Positions 1 through 8,398 of a DNA stretch of 38,691 nt are shown one piece after another. The position numbers were made by a program, and so were the translations under genes. The stretch is from Rubrivivax sp. (GTDB lineage: Bacteria; Pseudomonadota; Gammaproteobacteria; Burkholderiales; Burkholderiaceae_C). Under the pieces are notes generated by a model that saw only the letters and a program-made list of their open reading frames with translations, was not told the origin of the DNA and did no database searches. How positions within the stretch are numbered: the first letter of the stretch is position 1; every line of letters starts with the position of its first letter. The stretch covers positions 1 through 38,691 of the forward strand of contig JBDSMV010000100.1 of assembly GCA_039915715.1 (NCBI GenBank), read 5' to 3'.

Positions 1-2116
1 GCAGCCACAACACGCTGCATTCGACGTTTGACAGCAGGCGCATCCAGATGTCGAAGACCTCGGGGGTGATCTTGTAGCTGTTGTTGAAGCAACAGAACAC
101 GAAGCCGGTCTGCGGCAGGCCGAGTTCAGAACGGCTGAAGGCGCGCGACGAAATGGCACGCGCCGCGTCGTTGCATTGGTAGCTGTCCGGCAGCCGCACG
201 ATCTGTTCGCTGAAGTGGGGAGTCAGGTCGTCGGGTACCGTGGTGGCGTCGGCCAGCAAGTAGTCCATCTGCGGCAAGCCGCTGGTGCCGGGAAATCCCA
301 AATAGGACACCTGCACCGGTGCCGCGCGGTGACTGAAGATGCCGATCCGGCCGTTGTGGGTGTAGCCCTTCAGGTCGATGGCGATGTCGATGCCGAGAGA
401 CCGCATCGTCGACGCAGCTTGCGCATCGGACTGATCCCGGATATCGACGAACCGGTCAAACGCCCGCTGCAGACGCTGCTGGTAACGGTCGCCGTTGAGC
501 GGTCCGTACGACAGGGCCACGCTTTCGAAACGCTTTTTGTCGAGCGATTCGATGAGTCCCGCGATCAGATGTGACGTGGCATGTTCGTGGAGATCGGCGC
601 TGACGAAGGCGACGCGGATGCGGCGCAGGTGGTCCGGTCGCAGTGCGGCTGTTCCGTCGCCGACGGCATCCGGGGCGACGGGCTTGGCAGTGCGGGGCTG
701 AAGCGCCGGGTCAACCTCGGCGACGAGGTCGACGACCAGGCCTGCGGCAAAGCTGCGGGCTGCCTGCAACTGCACGGCGGGGTCGTCGGTGACGGCAAGC
801 ATGACGAACGGCGTGGCCAGCGATCCGCCCTGCAACGCATCGTCGGTCAACTGCTTCGCGGCGGCTTCGCGCCCGGTCCAGTCGCACAGGGTCTGCTTCA
901 GGTAGAAAACGTTGCCCGCCTGGTAAGGCTGCTGTGAATCGAACGACAGTGATGCCTGGGCATCGGCAGCAGCTTCTGACTGTCGCCGCATGCGCATCCA
1001 CAACGCACTGCGGTTGGCGTAGGCCATCGCGGTTTCGCGAGGGGCGCACTGCGCGCGCGCAGCCACGGCCCGGTCGTAGGCCTCCATCGCCTGCGGCAGA
1101 TGGTCCAGTGCCGCCTCGGCCACACCCAGGTTGATCGCGGCCTGGACCAGACCGGGTTGCAGGCGCAATGCCTGGTGGTAGCAATCGATGGCGGCGGCGT
1201 ACTGGCGCTGCGCCGCCAGCAGCACGCCCATGCCGTTGTGCGTGTCGGCCCTTTCGGGTTGCAGCGCCAGAGAGCGCTGCAGATCGGTCTTGGCGCCGGC
1301 ATGGTGGCCGCGGGCGGTGCGCAGCGCGGCGCGGTGGGTCAGCGCTTCGGCATAGTCGGCCTCGAGCTCGATGGCGCGGCCGTAAGCTGCTTCGGCGTCA
1401 TGCAGCCGTTTGAGGTTCCACAGCGCCAGCGCCCGGGCGTTGTGCGCTGGCGCATGGGTCGGGGCCATTACCAGCACGCGGTCGAACTGTTGCAGCGCCT
1501 GTTGGTTCTGGCCCTGCCCCAGCCATGCGATGCCGAGGTTGTTGGCGGCTCGCAGATGACCGGGATCGCTGGCCAGGACCGTCTGAAAGTGCTGAACGGC
1601 CTGCGCCGTCTGTCCCAGCTCACGTTCGCAGATGCCGAGCCCCACTCGCGCGCCCAGGTCCTGCGGTTGCGTGGCGAGCACACCCGCAAATGCCGCGCGC
1701 GCGAGCTGCATGCGGCCTGCCTCCAGATTCAGCTCGCCCAGGGCCGCCAGAGTTGCAGCGTCGCCGCCGGTGAGTTCCACGCACTGTTGCAGGGCGTCGG
1801 CCGCACCGGCCACCTGCCCAAGGGCCCGACGCGCCGATGCCAGGTTGCGCCACGCCGGCGCCGTGCTCGGTTGCAATCGCACGGCTTGCTCGATCAACTC
1901 GGCCGCAGCAGCGGCGTCGTCGCTCTGCAGCCGTGCCACGCCCAGCATGTGCAGGGCGTCGAAGTTGCGGGGCTCTGCACGCAACACGTCCTCGTAGGCG
2001 GCGCAGGCGCCGGCCAGATCTCCGCCTTGATGCCGGCTGAAGGCGTGCCGGAGCAGGGACTGGGTGTCGGCAGCTTGTGAAGGCGGCGCGGCGGGCGTAT
2101 GGGAGTCCGTGATCAC
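1..2116 (-). CDS. TPR-containing GT41/SPINDLY-family O-GlcNAc transferase-like glycosyltransferase (3' end truncated by window edge)
   Basis: Not in the ORF track because it has no stop in the window. Manual translation from GTG 2116 gives MITDSHTP...AYEDVLRAEPRNFDALHMLGVARLQ (TPR repeats). Near the left edge the same frame reads PVQVSYLGFPGTSG..MDYLLAD...FSEQIVRLP.SYQ.ND...FVFCCFNNSYKITPEVFDIWMRLL..V..SVLWL, the hallmark GT41 motifs. Start codon uncertain. Confidence 0.9.
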   Translation of the reverse strand, partial: MITDSHTPAAPPSQAADTQSLLRHAFSRHQGGDLAGACAAYEDVLRAEPRNFDALHMLGVARLQSDDAAAAAELIEQAVRLQPSTAPAWRNLASARRALGQVAGAADALQQCVELTGGDAATLAALGELNLEAGRMQLARAAFAGVLATQPQDLGARVGLGICERELGQTAQAVQHFQTVLASDPGHLRAANNLGIAWLGQGQNQQALQQFDRVLVMAPTHAPAHNARALALWNLKRLHDAEAAYGRAIELEADYAEALTHRAALRTARGHHAGAKTDLQRSLALQPERADTHNGMGVLLAAQRQYAAAIDCYHQALRLQPGLVQAAINLGVAEAALDHLPQAMEAYDRAVAARAQCAPRETAMAYANRSALWMRMRRQSEAAADAQASLSFDSQQPYQAGNVFYLKQTLCDWTGREAAAKQLTDDALQGGSLATPFVMLAVTDDPAVQLQAARSFAAGLVVDLVAEVDPALQPRTAKPVAPDAVGDGTAALRPDHLRRIRVAFVSADLHEHATSHLIAGLIESLDKKRFESVALSYGPLNGDRYQQRLQRAFDRFVDIRDQSDAQAASTMRSLGIDIAIDLKGYTHNGRIGIFSHRAAPVQVSYLGFPGTSGLPQMDYLLADATTVPDDLTPHFSEQIVRLPDSYQCNDAARAISSRAFSRSELGLPQTGFVFCCFNNSYKITPEVFDIWMRLLSNVECSVLWL

Positions 2117-2152
2117 GGAGGCAAGCGACGGTCAGACAGCGTAGGCCTGCGG

Positions 2153-3856
2153 TTAGACGACCGCTTCGGCGGTCGCGTCGGGTGAGGGCAACGACAGCAC
2201 CTCTTCCAAGCTGGTGTCGCCCGTCCAGAACTTGCGCATTCCGTCGTGCTGCAGCGACCGGAAACCCGGGGTGTCGATGGCCAGCAGGCTGCGAGGCGAG
2301 AACGCGCCGCTGGACAGTTGCTGGCGCAGGGCGTCTGTGGTCGGCAGGAATTCGTGCACGCCAACGCGTCCGCGGTAGCCGCTGCCACCGCAGGCTGGGC
2401 AGCCGCGGGCCACGCGGCCCTGGAAGCCGGCCTGCAACAAGCCCTGGCGTTCTGCCGCGTCCAGCAGCCGCGGCGGTACATCGGACAAGCTTGCCGCAGT
2501 AGCGCACTGAGCACACAGGCGCCGGATCAATCGCTGCGCAATTACCCCGCGCACACTGGCCGCCAGCAGGAAGGGTTCGACCCCCATGTCGACCAGGCGT
2601 ACAAAAGCCGACGCGGCGTCGTTGGTGTGGAGGGTAGACAGCACCTTGTGACCGGTCAGCGACGCCTGGATCGCGATGCGCGCGGTTTCGGTGTCGCGGA
2701 TCTCGCCGATCATGATCGTGTCGGGGTCGTGCCGCAGGATCGCCCGCAACGCGGTCGGAAAACTGAAGCCGATGTCGGCCTGGACCTGAAATTGTGTGAC
2801 GCCGGGCAGTTGGTACTCCACCGGGTCTTCGACCGTCAGCACCCGGGTGTGCGCCAGGTCGGTAGCGGCCAGTGCCGCATACAACGTGGTGCTCTTGCCG
2901 GAGCCGGTCGGCCCGGTGACGAGGATGATGCCGTCGGCTGCGCCCAGCCAAGACTTCAACATTCTGCCGTGGTCGTCCTCCAGTCCCAGCGCATCGAGCC
3001 GAAAGCGACGGTGCTCGGTCTTCGGCAGCAGGCGCAGCACGGCGGACTCGCCGTGCACACCGGGTATCACCGACACCCGCACCTCGGTTTCGATGCCGGC
3101 CGCGCGGGTCGAGAAGCGTCCGTCCTGCGGCAGCCGGCGCTCGGCGATGTCGAGGCCTGCGATCAGCTTCAGGCGGCTGGTGACGGCGTCGAATTTGGTG
3201 CGAGGCTGGGTGTCGACATGGCGCAATTCGCCATCGACCCGGTAGCGGACGGCGAAGCTGTCTTCGCTGGGTTCGATGTGGATGTCGGATGCATTCAAGT
3301 CGGTGCCACGCGCCAGCATCGATGCCACCAGTTCAACGATCGGTGCGTCCTGGGCCAGCTGGCGCAGGTCGAGCATCGCGCCGGAGAGACCGGTACCGAG
3401 ATTGGTGGACGGAGCGTAAATCGATGCCAAGGCAGCGGTCATGTCCTGCCCGCTGCACAGCATGACTTCCACTGTTGCGCTGCCCGCCTGGCGTTCGACC
3501 TGTTCGATCAGTTCGGGCAGCAGCGGGTCGCGCGCCACCAGTCGGATCGATTCGTTGTTGTTCGGGCTCACAAAGGCCTGCCAGCGTTTGGCAAGTGCTT
3601 CGGGCAGTGCATAGGTCTCGGCCAGCGCAAGCGTGGCGCGGCTCGCAATTTCCGGCTGCTGCTCTCGGTGCCACAGCGGCAGGCCGAGCTGCCGCGAGAG
3701 CGCTTCGTACAGGGTCGATTCCGACAACAGACCGTGCCGCACCAGGATCGACCCCAGGCGTTGGCCGGTGGCACCTGCCGTCTGCTCTTCAAGTGCCCGG
3801 GTCAGGTCGGTGGCCGACATCGCGCCCCCATCGATCAACATCTGTCCGATCAGCAT
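2153..3856 (-). CDS. gspE: Type II secretion ATPase GspE/PulE with an MshEN-like N-terminus
   Basis: ASDIHIEP, LDIAERRLPQDGR, Walker A GPTGSGKSTT, TVEDPVE, LRHDPD.IMIGEIRD, TGH.VLSTLHTN and a CxxC...CxxC zinc motif. Start trimmed to ATG 3856 because the longer ORF runs through a terminator and the upstream gene. Confidence 0.95.
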   Translation of the reverse strand: MLIGQMLIDGGAMSATDLTRALEEQTAGATGQRLGSILVRHGLLSESTLYEALSRQLGLPLWHREQQPEIASRATLALAETYALPEALAKRWQAFVSPNNNESIRLVARDPLLPELIEQVERQAGSATVEVMLCSGQDMTAALASIYAPSTNLGTGLSGAMLDLRQLAQDAPIVELVASMLARGTDLNASDIHIEPSEDSFAVRYRVDGELRHVDTQPRTKFDAVTSRLKLIAGLDIAERRLPQDGRFSTRAAGIETEVRVSVIPGVHGESAVLRLLPKTEHRRFRLDALGLEDDHGRMLKSWLGAADGIILVTGPTGSGKSTTLYAALAATDLAHTRVLTVEDPVEYQLPGVTQFQVQADIGFSFPTALRAILRHDPDTIMIGEIRDTETARIAIQASLTGHKVLSTLHTNDAASAFVRLVDMGVEPFLLAASVRGVIAQRLIRRLCAQCATAASLSDVPPRLLDAAERQGLLQAGFQGRVARGCPACGGSGYRGRVGVHEFLPTTDALRQQLSSGAFSPRSLLAIDTPGFRSLQHDGMRKFWTGDTSLEEVLSLPSPDATAEAVV

Positions 3857-3929
3857 GGTCTGGAAGTAGGTCGTGTGAGGATCCCGGCATGTCCGGGGGG
3901 AGATCGAGAACACGAAAGCGAAAAAACAA

Positions 3930-3963
3930 TGAAAAAAGCGGGGGTCGAAACCCCCGCTTTTCA
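3930..3963 (-). terminator. Rho-independent terminator of the S-layer-like gene
   Basis: Minus strand TGAAAAGCGGGGGT-TTCG-ACCCCCGCTTTTTTCA: perfect GC stem, UUCG tetraloop and U-tract, ~20 nt after the stop at 3984. Confidence 0.92.
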
Positions 3964-3983
3964 GGCAAGTCTCTCCGTGGAGA

Positions 3984-5678
3984 TTACTTGTTGGTTGCGT
4001 CCGCAGCGCGGGCGTAATCCGGGCCGTCGTCGCCTTGAGCAGACGACGATTCCTGGAAGTTGCCGGCACCCGGGTTGTAGATGTAGTTCTGCACTCGCAG
4101 CGACGAGCTGGCGGCGGTGATGCGCAGACGCGCATTGGCAGCCGTGTCACCAGGAGCACTGTACGTCGGCACCGCGGCGCTGGCGTTGGCGTTCATGGCG
4201 CCGTCGAGAGCCGACGAGGTGTAGTAACGCACTTCACGCGGCTTGAACGGGCCGTTCTTGCCCTGCACGTCGTTGACGACATCCAGCGAGGCGTTCGCGC
4301 CCAGCGTGCCGTCGGCCTTCAACACCTGGATCACCGGCGACACCGTCTGGGTCTCGTCGCTGTTGATCACACGGATCACGCTGTACCAGCCGCCCGAGGT
4401 GGCGCGGGCCACGTTCGGCACGTAGTTGCGAACGTCGATGCGAACACCGTTGGCCACCAAGGTGTAGATCGGGCCCGGGCAGACCGGGTTCGGCGCTTCC
4501 AGCGAGGCGGCGAACTTGGTCAACGAGCCGCCCGTGACGGCAAACACACTGGTCGGGATGACCTTGGCGCCAGTGGTGGCGTAGCACAGATAGGCGGGCT
4601 TGACTGGGTCGGTGGCGGTAGCACCGCGCAAGGCGATCAGGCCAGCATTAGAAACCGTAACCGTGGCCGTGGCGCCGTCGGCAGCGATGGTGCCGGCTTG
4701 CAGTGTGGTCGAGCAGTTGGCCAAGACGCTGACAAAGAAGCTGCCACCGTTGGCGGTGGTCAGGAACTTGCCACTCACATTGACGATCAGCGACTCTGCT
4801 TCAACCACGCCTGCACCAGTGCCTACGCTGGTGGCGAAGGCCGTGCCCTTGCTCGAGTACGGGTTGGTGCCATCCAGGTCGAACAAAACGGCGCGGTCAG
4901 TGATATTGATGGCACCGATGTTCAGCAGAGTGGTGCTAACGCCGGTAACGTCAGGAACGACCGGATTCCCACCCGCTCCAGCAGTAAACATCAAGCCGAG
5001 CGAAGGCAGCAGCACGTCGACTTTGCCCTTCTCGACGCCCACCGCGGCAGAGTAATTCTGCGAATCTTGCGGCTTGACGCTCAAAGCCACGCTTGCCTGC
5101 ACGATGGGAGTGGTATTGCTCAGGGGAGCGGCAGAGAAGTTGGAGTCGAACTCGACGCCAGCTGCATTCGTCAGCTTGACGGCCACGTTGACGGAGGCGA
5201 TGTCATTGCCGCAACCATTGCTCAGCGCAGGAGCGCCAAGGATCGTGCCGACCTTGGTGATCGACACCGGACCACCCGAACCCAACACGATTTGTGAGCC
5301 GACCGTGTAGTTCTGAGTAACGGTGAAGGTAGCGGTGATGGCCTTCTTGTCGGCACTCAGCGTTACCGTGCTCGGATTGAGCAACTGGGCGTTCGACGGG
5401 CTGCTCAGCGAGATATTTGCTGGAGCCGGCGCAATGGTGTACTCACCGCCGTTGGTCAAGGTCCAGGTGATCGAGAAGCTGTTCGGGTTGGCGACGGTGC
5501 CGGACAGCGGCAGGGCCAGCGCGTAGTTGATGGTCGGCGCGGTCAGGACGACCGCATCGGTGCCAAAAACTTCCGACGCGTAGTTCTTGTAAGAGGCCTG
5601 AATCACCCCCGCGCTGGCGGTGGTTGCAACCCCGGCAAACGCTGTGGCCAGCAATACGGAAAGTGCTTTCTGTTTCAT
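3984..5678 (-). CDS. Sec-exported Ala/Thr/Ser/Val/Gly-rich protein, putative S-layer protein / dedicated T2SS substrate (564 aa)
   Basis: Signal peptide MKQKALSVLLATAFAGVATTASA|G, GAGGA RBS before ATG 5678, beta-strand-rich small-residue composition, no His, 4 Cys, no recognisable catalytic motif. Has its own promoter and terminator and is embedded in the gsp cluster. The CDS is certain; S-layer function is inferred. Confidence 0.65.
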   Translation of the reverse strand: MKQKALSVLLATAFAGVATTASAGVIQASYKNYASEVFGTDAVVLTAPTINYALALPLSGTVANPNSFSITWTLTNGGEYTIAPAPANISLSSPSNAQLLNPSTVTLSADKKAITATFTVTQNYTVGSQIVLGSGGPVSITKVGTILGAPALSNGCGNDIASVNVAVKLTNAAGVEFDSNFSAAPLSNTTPIVQASVALSVKPQDSQNYSAAVGVEKGKVDVLLPSLGLMFTAGAGGNPVVPDVTGVSTTLLNIGAINITDRAVLFDLDGTNPYSSKGTAFATSVGTGAGVVEAESLIVNVSGKFLTTANGGSFFVSVLANCSTTLQAGTIAADGATATVTVSNAGLIALRGATATDPVKPAYLCYATTGAKVIPTSVFAVTGGSLTKFAASLEAPNPVCPGPIYTLVANGVRIDVRNYVPNVARATSGGWYSVIRVINSDETQTVSPVIQVLKADGTLGANASLDVVNDVQGKNGPFKPREVRYYTSSALDGAMNANASAAVPTYSAPGDTAANARLRITAASSSLRVQNYIYNPGAGNFQESSSAQGDDGPDYARAADATNK

Positions 5679-5781
5679 GAAAATCCTCATTTGTTTCAAG
5701 AGATGACATCTCAACAAGCACGCCGATTCACGAAGTGATTCGTCAGCGGCCGCTGCACCTGTTCGATGTGACAGCCGCCGC

Positions 5782-5809
5782 AGTATAGCGGGGGGTCGCA
5801 GCAGCGCAA
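5782..5809 (-). promoter_or_regulatory. Putative sigma70 promoter of the S-layer-like gene
   Basis: Minus strand TTGCGC (5809-5804) - 16 nt - TATACT (5787-5782), implying a ~95-nt 5' UTR. Confidence 0.6.
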
Positions 5810-5935
5810 CACGTAAAAGCAGGGCCGAAGCGCTGGCCTGTTGTCAAGAAACGACTCCCGCTTTGACGAAGTTGGAACCCGAAGAGATCGTGTCAGCCCC
5901 CTGTATCGGGGGTCAATGGCAGACCGGCCCACGGA

Positions 5936-8398
5936 TCACTTCGGCTTCAGCGTCTTTTGCAGTTCCTTCAAAATCTCGGGATCCGTGACCAACTTCGTGG
6001 TCGACGATCGTGTATCGGACACATCCGGATTGACAGCAGGAGCCGCCGGCGTTCGCGCGCCGGAGCTAGTCGATGGAGCACTGCTGAAATCCGGCCGCGT
6101 GATGATCGCACCCGAAGGTGCCAGCCGTTCCCCGGCTGGCGTTTCCGGAGACGTTTGCTTACCAGTTTGATCGATGCCGGGAAGTGGCGGCAGCACATAA
6201 GGCGTGGGCGGTGCCACGTTCTGCAACGGGTTGGCAGGTTGCGCGTTGCCCCGGAAGCTGTTCGGTGGGCGCAACTGCTGCGCCGCGGTGTCCGTGCTCC
6301 ATGAAAACTGGCCCTTGAACGCATTGGTGATCGCGCGGGCTTCGAATTCGTCGTCCAGCACATAGGGCGTGATCAGGACCACCAGTTCAGTGCGCACCCG
6401 CGTGACGTTGTTGCTCTTGAAGAGATAGCCGAACACCGGCACGTCCTTCAACAACGGCACGCCGGTGTCGGCATTGGTGGCCGTTTCCTGCATCAAGCCA
6501 CCCAGCAGCACGGTGGCGCCGTCGGTGACCGACAGCTTGGTGGTGATCCTGCGCGTGGCGATGGTGGGGGAGGCCGTGACCCCGGACAGCGTGGCGCTGG
6601 CGGAGCTGACTTCCTGTTCCACATCGAGGTCGATCCTGCCGCCGGCATGAATGACCGGCTTGACCTTCAGGATCACTCCGGTGGAGCGGTACTGGATCGA
6701 CTGCAGGATGCCGGCCTGCAAGCCCCCCGTCGTGCCGCCCGGAACGGTATTGCCCGCGATGGTGCCGGTGGTGGTTTGTTGAGAGGTCACCACCGGCACC
6801 TCGGAGCCGACCTGGATGGAAGCCGTTTCGCCATTGCGTGCCATCACGCTCGGGTTGGCCAGCACCCGCACCCGGCTGGTCGACGCCAGGGCGTTGAAAA
6901 CCGCGCGCGGCGACACGCTACCGACCCTGGAAATGACGGCTGACAGGCCGCCGATCGCGGTAGTGCCAAATGCGCCCAGGGTGCTGACATTGAAGTTGTT
7001 GCCGTCGACCCTAAACTGGTTGAGCATCCATTCGAAGCCCAGCTGTTCGCCGTCGTCGAGCCGGATCTCGGCCACCGTGACCGACACCAGCGCGCTGCGC
7101 GGCGGCCGGTCCAGCTCCTGCAGCAGTCCGAACCACTGCTGGTATTCGGTCGGGCTGCCCTGGATGATCAACGTGTTGCTGCTGGCATTGACGACCACCC
7201 GCGAGCGCACGGCGCCGGCCGCGCCAGGGACACCCGGTGCAGGGGTCATGACCTCTTGCAGTGTTTTGGCCAGATCGGATGCGTCGAGATTGCGCACGGC
7301 GTAAGTGAAGTACCCGGCACTGCCCCGCCCGCTGGCGGGTTGGTCGATGTCGGCGGCCCAGCGCAGCACATAGTTCAGGATCTCTTCGCTGCGCGTAAAC
7401 ACGATCACCGAGTTCAGCGGCGCTACCGGCAGCAAGATGATCGGTGCCTGGGCTTGGGCGGTGGTGCCCACCGCGTAACCCTGCGCCTGCATGATCTCGG
7501 CCAGCCGCTTGGCCATCTCATCGGCGGACCAGAACAGCGGTGCCAGGCGGGCGCTGACCCGGCCCCGCATGCTGGGCTGGTCGAGGAGCCGAATGGCCGC
7601 GATGCCGGCGGCCACGTCGTCGCTCTGGCCGCTCAGGATCAGCGCCTGCTCACCCAGGTCGTCCTGGATCGTCAGGCGGCGACCGAAAATCGTGCGCAGC
7701 GAGTTGATGATGGTCGCCGGGCTGACGGCCTCGAGCCCGACGATCTGAAACACCGGGCGCACGGCGGCCGGCACGTCGGGCAGCGAGCGTCCGCGCCGCA
7801 GCTCGGGCAGCAACCCGGTGGGGCCCGTCGCCGACGTGAACCGGATCAGCCCGTTGTATTCGGTCATCGCGACGCCGAACGACTTCAGCACCGACCGCGC
7901 GGCGTCGTAGAGCCCGGTGGCGGTCTGCGGCTTGCCGCTCTTGAGGCTGACGATCTCCTTGCGCTCGGCCACTGCCGGGTCGACCGAGATGTTGCGCTTG
8001 AGGATGCTGCCGAACACGGTGTCGATGAACACCGGCAGCGGCAGCTGCTCCAGCGCGACGGCGGTTTCCAGCGTCGGGTCGGCCGGCGGAGGCGTGCCGG
8101 CTGGCGACGGCAGCGCCACATCGCTGCGCGCGCGCGGCGCCGGCGGGGTCTGGAACATGCGGTCGGCGCCGGTCCGGGCGGGCTCGGCCTCGACTTCGCC
8201 GGCCAGTGCCGCGCTGTTGGGCGACGCTTGACCTCCGAGCGCTTTCTCGTAAGGAGCCACATCCCGTTTTGGCAGGATCTGCGGCGGCCGCGTGGCACAC
8301 GCGCCCAGCGCCAGCAAGAGCAACGCTGCCAACCAGCGGGCATCGGCACGTCGGTAGGGCTTGCCGACGCGGTCGCCGGACGGGGCTAGAAAAGTCAT
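5936..8398 (-). CDS. gspD: Type II secretion secretin GspD, probably a lipoprotein
   Basis: N-domain repeats (LILSG..DDV, VV.NASSNTLIIQG...LD.P), secretin core VLANPSVMARNGETASIQVG.EVP, TG.ILKVKP.I, GVPLLKDVPVFGYLFK...RTELVVLITPYV. Lipobox LGAC after a hydrophobic stretch. Confidence 0.93.
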   Translation of the reverse strand: MTFLAPSGDRVGKPYRRADARWLAALLLLALGACATRPPQILPKRDVAPYEKALGGQASPNSAALAGEVEAEPARTGADRMFQTPPAPRARSDVALPSPAGTPPPADPTLETAVALEQLPLPVFIDTVFGSILKRNISVDPAVAERKEIVSLKSGKPQTATGLYDAARSVLKSFGVAMTEYNGLIRFTSATGPTGLLPELRRGRSLPDVPAAVRPVFQIVGLEAVSPATIINSLRTIFGRRLTIQDDLGEQALILSGQSDDVAAGIAAIRLLDQPSMRGRVSARLAPLFWSADEMAKRLAEIMQAQGYAVGTTAQAQAPIILLPVAPLNSVIVFTRSEEILNYVLRWAADIDQPASGRGSAGYFTYAVRNLDASDLAKTLQEVMTPAPGVPGAAGAVRSRVVVNASSNTLIIQGSPTEYQQWFGLLQELDRPPRSALVSVTVAEIRLDDGEQLGFEWMLNQFRVDGNNFNVSTLGAFGTTAIGGLSAVISRVGSVSPRAVFNALASTSRVRVLANPSVMARNGETASIQVGSEVPVVTSQQTTTGTIAGNTVPGGTTGGLQAGILQSIQYRSTGVILKVKPVIHAGGRIDLDVEQEVSSASATLSGVTASPTIATRRITTKLSVTDGATVLLGGLMQETATNADTGVPLLKDVPVFGYLFKSNNVTRVRTELVVLITPYVLDDEFEARAITNAFKGQFSWSTDTAAQQLRPPNSFRGNAQPANPLQNVAPPTPYVLPPLPGIDQTGKQTSPETPAGERLAPSGAIITRPDFSSAPSTSSGARTPAAPAVNPDVSDTRSSTTKLVTDPEILKELQKTLKPK

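Noticed and set aside
1100-4120. Long plus-strand ORFs 1100..2080 and 2246..4120
   Set aside because: Antisense shadows of the GT41 and gspE genes, typical of high-GC DNA; no motifs.
3857-4159. N-terminal 101-aa extension of the GspE ORF
   Set aside because: Overlaps the upstream gene and its terminator; ATG 3856 starts right at the MshEN-like motif.
3984-5678. Enrichment of N-glycosylation sequons in the cargo protein
   Set aside because: 10 of ~39 Asn are in sequons, close to expectation for a protein this rich in Ser/Thr.
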